Shown: positions 40,239 through 49,758, counted from the first letter of the stretch. The stretch: DNA of 64,000 bases from an uncultured Sangeribacter sp. (GCA_964615915.1 CAZTSQ010000002.1:25119-89118); one strand, 5' to 3'. Translations and numbers: made by a program. Notes: a model not told the origin generated them from the sequence alone.

Positions 40239-40356
40239 GTATGGACATCGCTTCGCGGTGTGGAAATGTGAAAAAGATTTTTCAAGTCCACATCGCAAAG
40301 CGATGTCCCTACATTCGTTCACGGGTAATTCCACATCGCAAAGCGATGTCCCTACA
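40239..40356. repeat. REP-like family B cluster (one inverted degenerate copy plus two identical direct copies)
   Basis: TCCACATCGCAAAGCGATGTCCCTACA at 40287-40313 and 40330-40356 (reverse complement contains GTAGGGACATCGC-ttt-GCGATGT); inverted copy GTATGGACATCGCTTCGCGGTGTGG at 40239-40263. Confidence 0.85.
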
Positions 40357-40359
40357 CGA

Positions 40360-41148
40360 TTAATCTTCGATCGTGAAGCGGTCGGCATCCATATAGGCCG
40401 GGAACTTGGTGCGGAAGCGGTCGAGCGACTCGCGGCTGAGATGGGCGTAAAGGAAGCCATCGTCGGTGCGGACGGTGACGTCCTTTCCCTTGAAGTCGAT
40501 CGCCATCGAAGATCCGTCGTATTCAAATCCTTTCGGATCAATGCCCTTGCAGTCAACGGCGCAGACATAAGCCTCGTTCTCTATCGCGCGCGCCGGTATA
40601 AGTTTGTTCCACGCGTCAACGCGTACCGTCGGCCAGTTGGCCACCACAAGGAGCAGGTCATATTGGTTGTCGACATTGCGACACCAGACCGGGAAGCGAA
40701 TGTCATAGCATACAACCATCGCTATCTCCCATCCCCGGTAGCGGACATGAAGACGACCGTGTCCGCGCGAGAAGCGTTCGTGCTCCTTGGCCATGGTGAA
40801 CAGATGGCGCTTGTCTTCAAAGGTCTCTTCGCCACTCGGTTCGATAAAGAAGGCACGGTTATAGAGCGAGCCTCCCGTATCGGCCACAAACGTTCCGGCC
40901 AGGGCCACGTTGTATCTCTTTGCCAGGACCTTCAGATAATCAACGGTCGGTCCGGTGTTTCGTTCGGCCAAGGGACGGATCTCCTCCTTGTCGGCCATCG
41001 GGAATCCGGTTGAGAATGTTTCCGGAAGGACAACGAGGTCGGTATCGGGATGTATCTTTTTGAGAGCTTCTTCAAGCGTACGGAAATTTGCCTCCTTGTC
41101 TCCCCAAACTATTTCCATCGGGAGCAGGCAGACGTTCAAGTCTTTCAT
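40360..41148 (-). CDS. Carbon-nitrogen hydrolase (YafV/Nit2-like omega-amidase)
   Basis: Catalytic triad E (LPETFSTG), K (DKRHLF), C (VCYDIRFP). Confidence 0.9.
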   Translation of the reverse strand: MKDLNVCLLPMEIVWGDKEANFRTLEEALKKIHPDTDLVVLPETFSTGFPMADKEEIRPLAERNTGPTVDYLKVLAKRYNVALAGTFVADTGGSLYNRAFFIEPSGEETFEDKRHLFTMAKEHERFSRGHGRLHVRYRGWEIAMVVCYDIRFPVWCRNVDNQYDLLLVVANWPTVRVDAWNKLIPARAIENEAYVCAVDCKGIDPKGFEYDGSSMAIDFKGKDVTVRTDDGFLYAHLSRESLDRFRTKFPAYMDADRFTIED

Positions 41149-41166
41149 GTGTCAGGTGTATGTTGG

Positions 41167-41712
41167 TCAGGGAATGAACTTGTCGGGATACTTGGCGGCG
41201 TCTGTATGGTCGGTGTAATAGCCTCTGATCGCAGCCATATCTTTTTCGACATCTTTTGTAGGGGTGTATGTCTTGGATATGAAGATATCCTTATGCTGGT
41301 AGTCAATGACAGCCAAGAGAATCGGCACCTCGGCTCCATAAGCGATGTAAAGGAAGCCGGTGCGCCATTTGGCCGTCGCCGAACGGGTGCCTTCGGGAGT
41401 CACGGCCAGGTTAAGATATTGCGACTGCTTGAACTGTTCGACCACATTTTCGGTCAGCGAACCTTTCCCCCCCGAGCGTTTCACAGGAATGCCTCCGAGC
41501 GCGCGGAAGAGATACCCGAGAGGGAAGAAGAACCATGAGCTCTTCATGAGAAAGTTTGCCTCGCGTCCGAGCGAGCGATAGGCGCACAGACCGAGGATGA
41601 AGTCCCAGTTGGAGGTATGGGGCGCAACACAGATGACGCACTTGTCGGGCAAAGGAACATCGACATGAAACGTCCAGCCCGACCAATCAAGTATCTTCTT
41701 CCATAGGTTCAT
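41167..41712 (-). CDS. PlsC-like phospholipid/glycerol acyltransferase
   Basis: APHTSNWD, GGIPV, TPEGTRS, WRTGF. Start set at MNLWKK. Confidence 0.88.
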   Translation of the reverse strand: MNLWKKILDWSGWTFHVDVPLPDKCVICVAPHTSNWDFILGLCAYRSLGREANFLMKSSWFFFPLGYLFRALGGIPVKRSGGKGSLTENVVEQFKQSQYLNLAVTPEGTRSATAKWRTGFLYIAYGAEVPILLAVIDYQHKDIFISKTYTPTKDVEKDMAAIRGYYTDHTDAAKYPDKFIP

Positions 41713-41765
41713 AGCCACAGATTTTTGCCTCCCTCGGTTAGAAGAGAAGCTGAAAAATAAACTGC

Positions 41766-41815
41766 GACGGCATACCAAAATATCTTGTCAGTCAAATATT
41801 CTGATACGCCGTCGT
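41766..41815 (-). terminator. Long hairpin after the 41838 gene (probable terminator)
   Basis: Stem of about 21 bp on the minus strand, CGACGGCGTATCAGAATATTT / AGATATTTTGGTATGCCGTCG with G-U pairs, followed by a T-rich run. Confidence 0.65.
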
Positions 41816-41837
41816 TTTGTCGTTCTGATAACAAGGA

Positions 41838-42197
41838 TCAGGCGAGAGCCTGTTCGGTTGCTTTGCGTTTGTCTTCGGGGATAGCCTCGTTGAACTCCTT
41901 GAGAGCGGCGTTCACTTCGTCGGTGAAGTCCTTGTTGATCTTCTTGAAGAGAGTGCGGAAGAACTCGCGCTTTGCCTGAGAATAGGCCTTCATGTCGTTG
42001 AACGCACGGTGTCCCTTGTCGAAGAAGACGTTGGCGTGGCTCTTCGCGGCACCTACTGCACCGAGTACTTTGCCGATGGCGTTGCTGATAGCCTCTTTGT
42101 CGACACCGTCAACATTGTAGTAGACCACCATCATATCATTGCAAACGTTTGCACCGATTGCATCAATTGTCTTTTTGAAATCTCTTTTGTTTCCCAT
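41838..42197 (-). CDS. Conserved Bacteroidales small helical hypothetical protein
   Basis: MGNKRDFKK.. N-terminus, 119 aa, codon usage like highly expressed genes. Confidence 0.75.
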   Translation of the reverse strand: MGNKRDFKKTIDAIGANVCNDMMVVYYNVDGVDKEAISNAIGKVLGAVGAAKSHANVFFDKGHRAFNDMKAYSQAKREFFRTLFKKINKDFTDEVNAALKEFNEAIPEDKRKATEQALA

Positions 42198-42358
42198 GAT
42201 TATTTTGATATTTACAGGAGCCACTTTTTGTGACGCCCGATGAAATTCAGAGCTATGAATGGCCGAGAGGGGATTGAAAAGCAACCTTCGACCGAGGTAA
42301 CTCTATCATATTAACACTCCGGAACGCAAAAAGTATCGAACCGAGGTACATTTATTTG

Positions 42359-43828
42359 TCAACTGCTTCGCTCGCGTCTCGAGGCATCGAGCTTCAACAT
42401 GATGAATATCAGGATGGTAAAGCCCCAGAGGGCGGAGCCGCCATAACTGAAGAAGGGGAGGGGTATGCCGATTACAGGGCATAGCCCGATGACCATCCCG
42501 ACGTTGATACACAGATGGAAGATGAGATACGAGGCGACACAATAGGTATAGACGCGCCCGAAGGGATTGCGTTGTCGTTCGGCGAGGTAGAGGATGCGTA
42601 GAATGAGAGCCAGAAATGTGATTAGCACAGCGGTCGAGCCTACGAACCCCTCCTCTTCGCCGATTGTGCAGAAGATGAAGTCGGTGTGCTGTTCGGGCAC
42701 ATACTTGAGCTTGGTCTGCGTTCCGTTCAGAAATCCCTTGCCGGTAAGTCCCCCTGAACCGATGGCGATCTTCGACTGATTGACGTTGTAACCCACGCCC
42801 CGAAGGTCCTCGACGATTCCCAGAGCTACTTTGATTCGCATCTGTTGGTGGGGCTGAAGGACATTGCTGAAGACATAGTTGACCGAGAAGAGGAAAAGCA
42901 ACGAAGCCGCGACGAAAGAGACCGAGATGAGATAGGGTCGGATCCGGTGGTGGAGCATCATCACGAGAATATAGGCGATCGACAGTCCGAACATGGAGAA
43001 GAAATAGATCTCGCCGTTCACACTAACATTGAGGGCAGACAATCCAGCGACAACCATAGCCGAACCAACCCATCCGATCAGAACGTTTCGAGCCATCGTG
43101 ATATCCTTGCAGAAGAAAGCCAACAGAAGCACCAACATGAGGGCGATCAGAAGCATGACCGTAAATTCGCCGCAGGGCATCCCGAGAATTAGTGGCTCTG
43201 CATATTTGACAGCAACGACGAAGAAGGTGATGGCGCAAAGAACGGCGAAGAGCACTATTCCGGACATTCCCTCCCGGTAGAGTACGAACATCAGCGAGAG
43301 GTAAACCAGCGCCGAACCGGTCTCGTGCTGGAGTATGATCAGCGCGATAGGCACCAGGATGATTGTCAGCGCCCTGAAGTAGTTGGATATCTTGAGGTTA
43401 AGACTGAAATTGTATCCGTCGAAGAGTTTAGCCAAGGCCAAAGCAGTCGCGAACTTGCCGAACTCAGCCGGCTGGAGCGATACCGGACCCAAGACGAGCC
43501 ATGAGCGCGAACCCTTGATGTCGGGGGCGATGAAAATCGTGACGATCAGCAAAAGAATCACCGCACCGTAGATAGGATAGGCATAGGCCTCATACAGTTT
43601 ACGGTCAAGGAGCAGAATGATCGCACCCAACACGAGCGACAGACCGATCCAAAGGAACTGCTTGCCCGAAAACTCCTCGAACGAGAACATGGAGGCCTTG
43701 TCGAAGTCGTAGCTCGCGGCGTAGATGCTGATAGCTCCGGCGACAACCAAAATGAGATAGAGGATAACCGTCACCCAGTCTATTGACTTGAAGACGGCGA
43801 TACCTGTGTCAGTGCTTCTTGACTCCAC
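42359..43828 (-). CDS. rodA: Rod-shape-determining SEDS transglycosylase RodA
   Basis: KGSRSW, QPAEFGK, GYNVNQSKIAIGSGG, PEQHTDFIF, PFFSYGGS. Confidence 0.96.
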   Translation of the reverse strand: MESRSTDTGIAVFKSIDWVTVILYLILVVAGAISIYAASYDFDKASMFSFEEFSGKQFLWIGLSLVLGAIILLLDRKLYEAYAYPIYGAVILLLIVTIFIAPDIKGSRSWLVLGPVSLQPAEFGKFATALALAKLFDGYNFSLNLKISNYFRALTIILVPIALIILQHETGSALVYLSLMFVLYREGMSGIVLFAVLCAITFFVVAVKYAEPLILGMPCGEFTVMLLIALMLVLLLAFFCKDITMARNVLIGWVGSAMVVAGLSALNVSVNGEIYFFSMFGLSIAYILVMMLHHRIRPYLISVSFVAASLLFLFSVNYVFSNVLQPHQQMRIKVALGIVEDLRGVGYNVNQSKIAIGSGGLTGKGFLNGTQTKLKYVPEQHTDFIFCTIGEEEGFVGSTAVLITFLALILRILYLAERQRNPFGRVYTYCVASYLIFHLCINVGMVIGLCPVIGIPLPFFSYGGSALWGFTILIFIMLKLDASRRERSS

Positions 43829-45668
43829 TGTATATGATGGTGTTAGCGTTCAACATTTGTTCTTCCATTCCTTTGCGTGAGGGAGAGATGTCGCCGTAAA
43901 GGTATTTCTCCATGATCAGGGAGCCGATCGGGACACCGTAAGCGGCTCCGAAGCCCGCATTCTCCACGTAGACGGCTACGGCGATCTTCGGGTTATGATA
44001 AGGGGCGAAACCCATGAAAGCTGAGTGGTCTTTACCGTGGGGGTTCTGAGCTGTTCCGGTCTTTCCGCAGACCTCGACGTCGCGGAAAGCTGCCTTTCGG
44101 CATGTGCCGCCGATGACGGCCATTCTCATTCCCTCGGCTATAGCCTCGTAGTGTTCACGTTTTATCTTAGGGGCATGTTTCTCGCGGAAGCTGCTGTCGA
44201 TGACAGTATCCTGCACGGCTTTGACAACGTGGGGAGTGTAGAACCAACCGCGATTGGCGATTGTGGAGCAGAGGTTGGCAATCTGGAGGGGTGTGGCGAG
44301 TACCTCTCCCTGCCCGATCGAGATGGAGATGATGGAGTTGCCGCTCCAGTTCGCGCCGCGGAAAGACTTGGAGTAGAATTCCGGATTGGGAATGAAACCA
44401 CGGCTTTCTGAGGGGAGATCGACACCGAGACGGTAGCCATAACCCATCTCGACCATGTAATTCTTCCACTTCTCGAGCTGTTTCGACGGAGTCGAGCCCT
44501 TCTTGTTGATGAAGTTGTAGAGACCCCAGCAGAAGTAGGCGTTACAGGAGGTTTGGAGAGCCGGCTTCAATGCGATTGGTGAGCCATGGCCGTGACAACC
44601 TACTCTCAAGCCGTTGATGTATCCATGATAGCAGGGATATTGAGTCGAGAGTGTCACCGTTCCTTCCTGAAGGAAGATCAGTCCCTGGGTCGGCTTGAAA
44701 GTTGAGCCGGGCGGATAGGCTCCCTGAAGCGCGCGGTCATAAAGGGGCTTGTAGGGATCCTTAACCAAAGCGGCGTAGTTCTTTCCGCGCTCCTTACCGA
44801 CAAGCATCGAAGGGTCATAGTTGGGCGAAGTCACGAGACACAGTATTTCACCCGTCTCGGGTTCTATGGCCACGATGGCTCCGATTTTGTTGGCCATCAG
44901 TTTCTCCCCATATTCCTGAAGCTCCATGTCGATCGAGAGAGTGAGGTTGCGTCCGGAGACAGGGGAGACGTCCATGCGCCCCTCTTCGTACTTGCCCTTG
45001 ATTCGACCGAGCGCGTCTTTCATCAGAATCTCGACGCCCTTCTCGCCACGCAGAAGCTTTTCGTAGCTTTTCTCTATACCGAGGTCGCCGGTGTAATCTC
45101 CACGCCTGTAGTAAGGATCGTTGTCTATATCGGTGGCCGAGACTTCGCGGATATTGCCGAGGATGTTGGCTCCGGCCGGGTAGGCATATTCGCGCACCGT
45201 CCTCTTCTGGATGAAGAAGCCGGGGAAAAGGTAAAGTTTCTCAGCCAATCGGCCGTAATCTTCCTGCGAGAGGTGAGTCAGAAGTTTCTGAGGAGTATAA
45301 GAGGAGTATCCTGGGTTGAGGCGCGGGTTCTTCATGTCGGCCCATCGGCGTTCGAGTTCCTCTACCGGTATGTTGAGGACCTGACAGAGAGCGAGGGTGT
45401 CGAAGTCCTTGCCGAGGTCTTTGGGGATGAGCATGACGTCATAGGCCGGCCGGTTGAATACGACAAGATTGTCATTCCTGTCATAGATGACACCGCGTGC
45501 CGGGTATATCACCTTCTTGAGGAAGGCGTTGCTTTCGGCGTTCTCTTTATATTGTTCGCTTGTGACCTGAAGCGAAAACAGGCGGATGATATAGATAGCG
45601 ACGATTGCTATTATGAATCCGCCGATAACGAAACGCCTTTTTTCGAGTCCATCACCTGCGTTGTTCAA
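43809..45668 (-). CDS. mrdA: Penicillin-binding protein 2
   Basis: RGVIYDRN, SxxK (GSTFK), SxN (SCN), KTGTAQ. Confidence 0.95.
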   Translation of the reverse strand: MNNAGDGLEKRRFVIGGFIIAIVAIYIIRLFSLQVTSEQYKENAESNAFLKKVIYPARGVIYDRNDNLVVFNRPAYDVMLIPKDLGKDFDTLALCQVLNIPVEELERRWADMKNPRLNPGYSSYTPQKLLTHLSQEDYGRLAEKLYLFPGFFIQKRTVREYAYPAGANILGNIREVSATDIDNDPYYRRGDYTGDLGIEKSYEKLLRGEKGVEILMKDALGRIKGKYEEGRMDVSPVSGRNLTLSIDMELQEYGEKLMANKIGAIVAIEPETGEILCLVTSPNYDPSMLVGKERGKNYAALVKDPYKPLYDRALQGAYPPGSTFKPTQGLIFLQEGTVTLSTQYPCYHGYINGLRVGCHGHGSPIALKPALQTSCNAYFCWGLYNFINKKGSTPSKQLEKWKNYMVEMGYGYRLGVDLPSESRGFIPNPEFYSKSFRGANWSGNSIISISIGQGEVLATPLQIANLCSTIANRGWFYTPHVVKAVQDTVIDSSFREKHAPKIKREHYEAIAEGMRMAVIGGTCRKAAFRDVEVCGKTGTAQNPHGKDHSAFMGFAPYHNPKIAVAVYVENAGFGAAYGVPIGSLIMEKYLYGDISPSRKGMEEQMLNANTIIYSGVKKH

Positions 45669-45751
45669 TTTATATTGTGTTGATGTGAGGTTATAGTTGA
45701 ATAATCTCTTCCAGAGAAACGGAGCCTCCCATTCCGGGATTGTAACTGAGA

Positions 45752-46273
45752 TTACTTACTGAATGAGAGGCGTGTAAAGAAGATGCTGTCGATTCCGAGC
45801 ATCAGCGGGAAGGAGAGGGCGGAGCTGGCGGCGGCCATGATGACGATGTTCTTGATTTCGCCGAACGAGAAGAACTCGATCCCGAAGTCAAGAAAGCAGT
45901 AGATCGTAGTCATCGTCAACAGAAACTTGCAGTAGTTTGACACTCCTATAGTTGTCATCGACGGCTGTTGTACCTTTGTCTTGTCGTCAAAAGGTACGTA
46001 GAGGAAGAAAATCCCCTTTTTCAGAACTGCCAGCAAAACACAAGCCAAAGAATTGACTCCCAATGTGTCGGAGAAAACATCGACGCTGAAACCGAGGAGA
46101 AACGATAGGGTGAACAGCCAGTTGAGGCTGAGATCCATCGGCAGACGGATTATGAAATAGATGAAGATGATCGGAACCGCCACATTGAAAAGGACAAGGT
46201 GATTGCATATCAGCACCTGTGCGAGCACAAGCGAGACGAACAGAATGATGTAAACGATCACTGACTTGTTCAT
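45752..46273 (-). CDS. mreD: Rod-shape-determining protein MreD
   Basis: Hydrophobic, FLLGFSVDVFSDTLG motif, located between mreC and mrdA. Confidence 0.88.
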   Translation of the reverse strand: MNKSVIVYIILFVSLVLAQVLICNHLVLFNVAVPIIFIYFIIRLPMDLSLNWLFTLSFLLGFSVDVFSDTLGVNSLACVLLAVLKKGIFFLYVPFDDKTKVQQPSMTTIGVSNYCKFLLTMTTIYCFLDFGIEFFSFGEIKNIVIMAAASSALSFPLMLGIDSIFFTRLSFSK

Positions 46274-46310
46274 TTCTGATTGAGAGTTGACGGTTAGCTT
46301 CGAGTGTTTC

Positions 46311-47159
46311 TTACTTATCTATGTCTATGTCGAGGGTAGCGAGCGAATCCAGCTCTGGTTTCCAGGCATCCTTGATCACGCGTACTGTGCTGAGGTTTCG
46401 GAAATTGGAGCCCAAATGGATCTTCAGGATAAAGAAGTTGTCGTCGGTTCCCTTAACGCGGTTCATCACCGTCCCGATCATGATTCCTTCGGGGAAGGTT
46501 GTCGAGAAGCCGGATGAGACGACAGTGTCGCCGATGTTGAACTTGGCGTGGCGCGGAACCTCCTCCATATAGGCTATGGTCGGGTCGCCTCCTTTCCACG
46601 ACAGGGTGCCGACGAACTGTGTTCCCTTCAACTTGACCGAGAAATGCTGGGTCTCGTTGAGAAGAGATATCACCCGCGCCGTGTTTTTGCCGGCTACGTT
46701 GACTATCCCGACGATACCGTTCTGGTCAACTACTCCCATACCGGTTTTCACCCCCTGGGCGTAGCCCCGGTTGATTGTGAAGTAGTTTTTCGGGTGACGT
46801 ATGGAGTTGTTGATGACCGTCGCCGTTTCGTAGTCATATCTCGGTTCGCGCTCGACGAAGACCATTGAATCGCTCACCAAAGCCTTGTATTCCTCGAGTT
46901 GCGTCTTTAGGTTCAGCAGCTCGTTTTCGAGACGGGCGTTGCTTTGCTGAAGATCACGGTTGATTGTCCGGAGATCGAAGTAGCCGGTGATGTCAGCGAC
47001 TTCACCGTATATGCCCGAGACGACCGTGTTGGCCGAAGTGAGAACAACAGCCTGCTGGTAAGACTGGCCCATCCCCAACAAAATACAAGAAATCAGCACA
47101 TAGAATGTGAAGACAAACCATGCGCTGTATCTTATGATGAAGTTCAGGAGATTTCTCAC
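46311..47159 (-). CDS. mreC: Rod-shape-determining protein MreC
   Basis: N-terminal TM, coiled coil, TINRG...GMGVV...GIVG, GDTVVSSG...FPEGI. Confidence 0.93.
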   Translation of the reverse strand: MRNLLNFIIRYSAWFVFTFYVLISCILLGMGQSYQQAVVLTSANTVVSGIYGEVADITGYFDLRTINRDLQQSNARLENELLNLKTQLEEYKALVSDSMVFVEREPRYDYETATVINNSIRHPKNYFTINRGYAQGVKTGMGVVDQNGIVGIVNVAGKNTARVISLLNETQHFSVKLKGTQFVGTLSWKGGDPTIAYMEEVPRHAKFNIGDTVVSSGFSTTFPEGIMIGTVMNRVKGTDDNFFILKIHLGSNFRNLSTVRVIKDAWKPELDSLATLDIDIDK

Positions 47160-47195
47160 TTGGCGAGCACCCGGTTATCGGATGAAGAAACCCTA

Positions 47196-48215
47196 TTATC
47201 TGATCAGGAAGTTGAAGCGGTTGATGTTCTTCAACGCGACTCCGGTTCCTTTGGCTACCGCGTGCAGCGGATCTTCGGCAATCTTGAATTCGATTCGGAT
47301 CTTGTCGGTCAGTCGTTTGGCGAGACCTCTGAGAAGTGCGCCTCCGCCTGCGAGATAGATACCGTTGCGGACGATGTCGGCATACAGCTCCGGGGGAGTC
47401 TGTTCGAGTGCTCCGAGAATAGCCTCCTCCATACGCTGAATAGACTTGTCGATGCAGAGCGCTATCTCTTCATGAGTCACGGCTACCTCCATCGGGAGCG
47501 AGGTCATGCGGTTCGGGCCGACGACGGTGAAGGGTTCGGGCGGATTCTCCAGATCGGTCAGAGCCGATCCCACGTTAATCTTGATCTGTTCCGCCATGGT
47601 GGCGCCAACCTTGAGGTTGTGAACACGTCCCATGTGCTCCTGAATGTCGGCGGTGAGGTCGTTACCGGCCAGACGGATAGACTTGTTCGATACGATACCG
47701 CCGAGTGAGATGACGGCGATTTCGGTCGAACCTCCACCTATGTCGACGATCATGTTGCCTTCGGGGGCTTCGACGTCGAGTCCTATACCGAGGGCGGCTG
47801 CCATCGGTTCGTAGATCATGTAGACGTCGCGTCCGCCGGCATGGTCACAACTGTCGCGGACTGCACGGAGCTCGACTTCGGTCGAACCTGAGGGTACGCA
47901 AACGACCATTCTCAGCTGGGGAGAGAACCAGCGGCGCTTTGAGCTGACCATCTTCACCATGCCGCGGATCATGAGCTCGGCGGCATTGAAGTTTGCGATC
48001 ACACCGTCGCGAAGCGGACGGATGGTGTGTATGCCGGGAGGTTCCTTGCCCTCCATCTGGTGGGCAGTGGTTCCTACCGCAAGCAGTTTGTCGGTCTTGC
48101 CTTCAATCGCCACGACAGAGGGCTCGTCGACTACTATCTTGTCGTTATGTATTATGATGGAGTTGGCGGTGCCCAAGTCCATCGCGATTTCCTGAGTGAA
48201 TGAAAAAAGTCCCAT
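47196..48215 (-). CDS. mreB: Actin-like protein MreB
   Basis: MDLGTAN, EPSVVA, IRPLRDGVIA, EPMAAALG, VDIGGG, LAGGGALL. True start is ATG 48215 (MGLFS). Confidence 0.97.
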   Translation of the reverse strand: MGLFSFTQEIAMDLGTANSIIIHNDKIVVDEPSVVAIEGKTDKLLAVGTTAHQMEGKEPPGIHTIRPLRDGVIANFNAAELMIRGMVKMVSSKRRWFSPQLRMVVCVPSGSTEVELRAVRDSCDHAGGRDVYMIYEPMAAALGIGLDVEAPEGNMIVDIGGGSTEIAVISLGGIVSNKSIRLAGNDLTADIQEHMGRVHNLKVGATMAEQIKINVGSALTDLENPPEPFTVVGPNRMTSLPMEVAVTHEEIALCIDKSIQRMEEAILGALEQTPPELYADIVRNGIYLAGGGALLRGLAKRLTDKIRIEFKIAEDPLHAVAKGTGVALKNINRFNFLIR

Positions 48216-48228
48216 ATTTGACGTAAAT

Positions 48229-48320
48229 CTGAGACACTGAGCCTCGTTTTTCCGAGACACCGGGCCTCGTTTTTCCGAGCCACCGGGTCCAGTTATTCCG
48301 AGACACTGAGCCTCGTTTGG
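48229..48320. repeat. Four 23-bp tandem direct repeats in the mreB leader
   Basis: CTGAGACACTGAGCCTCGTTTTT / CCGAGACACCGGGCCTCGTTTTT / CCGAGCCACCGGGTCCAGTTATT / CCGAGACACTGAGCCTCGTTTGG. Confidence 0.88.
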
Positions 48321-48342
48321 GTGTTCTGACAATATTTCGCCA

Positions 48343-48350
48343 CAAAGTTA
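48343..48350 (-). promoter_or_regulatory. -7 promoter box of the mre operon
   Basis: Minus strand TAACTTTG. Confidence 0.7.
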
Positions 48351-48376
48351 GTGAAAAAATCCCGATTTTACACCAT

Positions 48377-48411
48377 AAAAAGAGCCGCAACTTCTGTCGC
48401 GGCTCTCTTTT
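48377..48411 (-). terminator. Intrinsic terminator after the TPR gene
   Basis: AGAGCCGC...GCGGCTCT stem flanked by A/T runs. Confidence 0.8.
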
Positions 48412-48452
48412 AAGATATTTTTAAACCTATTATTTGTTAAGGCAGGTTTAAA

Positions 48453-49682
48453 TTAGTTGTTGAAGTAAGTTTCGAGGACGTAGTCGATGTTCTCGATCAC
48501 GTTGTTGAGGTCGTAGTCGTTTGCACCTTCGGGTTTCTGTTTTGCCTTGTCGGTGATGGCCTTGGCGGCGAGGAAGTAGTTGTTCTTCACATCCTGACGC
48601 GCGGCCTGAGCCTCAGCTGAATTGCCTTCGATGAGGTTCCACTTTTCGGTACCTACACGCATGATCTTCTTGGCGGCGTTCTTGAGGTTCTCGAAGTCGG
48701 TGGTCTCCATTTCTGCGGCCTTGCGATAGTCGGCGAGAGAAGCTTCGTCGTTGTCCATGCGGTCGTAAACGAATGCACGCATACCGTAGAGGTTGCCCTG
48801 GTCGGGATTGGCGGCCATAACGTCGTTCAGCAGGTTGATCGCGCCCTGGAAGTCTTCGTTCATCACGCGAGCGTTCACGAGGTTGTTGAGGAAGACGGGC
48901 TGTTCGAGACCGAACTTGTCGTAGCCTGCCTGAGCGGCATTCTCGATAGCTTTAGTTGCTTCTGCCTCACGGGTAGAGTCGTTCTGGGCGATGTTCTGCC
49001 AGCTTGCGATCTCAAGGATGAAGGCTGTGGGATCATCGTATCCGAGGGGACGGCCCTGGGCGAGGATATCCGCGGCTTCGTTGACCATACCTGCGTAGTA
49101 AGCGCAGAGACCGGCATAGTAATAAGCGAGTGCGCGGTTCTGGTTCTCGATAGGGGGATTGATTACCACACCCTGCTCAGCGAGGTCGGGGAGGGTAGCG
49201 TAGATCTTGAAGAGCTGATAGCCCGCGGGAAGTTCCTTGGCGTTGTAAGCTGCTCCACCCATCTCGAAGAAGTTGGCGGCGTGAGAGCTGAGGATATTTG
49301 CGATATCCTTTTTATATTTGGCCTTTACGGGTTTGCCTTTGGCGTCAACTTGAGTGCCGTCGAGGGGAAGGGTCATAACGAAGTAGTTATAACCGTTCAG
49401 AAGGTTCTGAACCAGATCGGCAGGATTTACAGATTCGGGATTAACGCCGGCTGCCTGCATGTTTTTGTCGAAGGCGCTGAACTCAACCTTACCGCCGGTG
49501 AAGTAAGTGCGGGGGTCAGATTCGGTCTCGGGGTTCTGAGAAGCCTCGAGAATCAGGCTGCGGGCCTGTGCGATGTCGGCAACCTTGCCGGCAAGCTTGT
49601 TGGCCTGGTCGACATTCGCTTTCTGTGCGCTCATCGAGGCTACAGAAGCCAGGGTGAGGGCGATAGCAAGATACTTTTTCAT
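48453..49682 (-). CDS. Exported tetratricopeptide-repeat protein
   Basis: Signal peptide MKKYLAIALTLASVASMSAQK; TPR-like helices (AYYYAGLCAY, LYGMRAFVYD); downstream of gyrA. Confidence 0.8.
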   Translation of the reverse strand: MKKYLAIALTLASVASMSAQKANVDQANKLAGKVADIAQARSLILEASQNPETESDPRTYFTGGKVEFSAFDKNMQAAGVNPESVNPADLVQNLLNGYNYFVMTLPLDGTQVDAKGKPVKAKYKKDIANILSSHAANFFEMGGAAYNAKELPAGYQLFKIYATLPDLAEQGVVINPPIENQNRALAYYYAGLCAYYAGMVNEAADILAQGRPLGYDDPTAFILEIASWQNIAQNDSTREAEATKAIENAAQAGYDKFGLEQPVFLNNLVNARVMNEDFQGAINLLNDVMAANPDQGNLYGMRAFVYDRMDNDEASLADYRKAAEMETTDFENLKNAAKKIMRVGTEKWNLIEGNSAEAQAARQDVKNNYFLAAKAITDKAKQKPEGANDYDLNNVIENIDYVLETYFNN

Positions 49683-49758
49683 ATCGTTATCTATTTGTTG
49701 TTTTGTTTTTCTATTCCTTCGGAGAGGCTGTCGTGTTTAAAACGAGCTGAGAGACAAA

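Noticed and set aside
40287-40356. Possible mini-CRISPR (two 27-bp repeats)
   Set aside because: Only a 16-bp gap, and an inverted third copy lies nearby, which fits a REP/BIME arrangement.
39756-41013. ORFs 39756-40568 (-) and 40165-41013 (+)
   Set aside because: They overlap trxA, the amidase gene and REP repeats; spurious.
48216-48332. 39-aa N-terminal extension of MreB
   Set aside because: It is a translation of the 23-bp repeat array; canonical MreB begins at MGLFS (48215).
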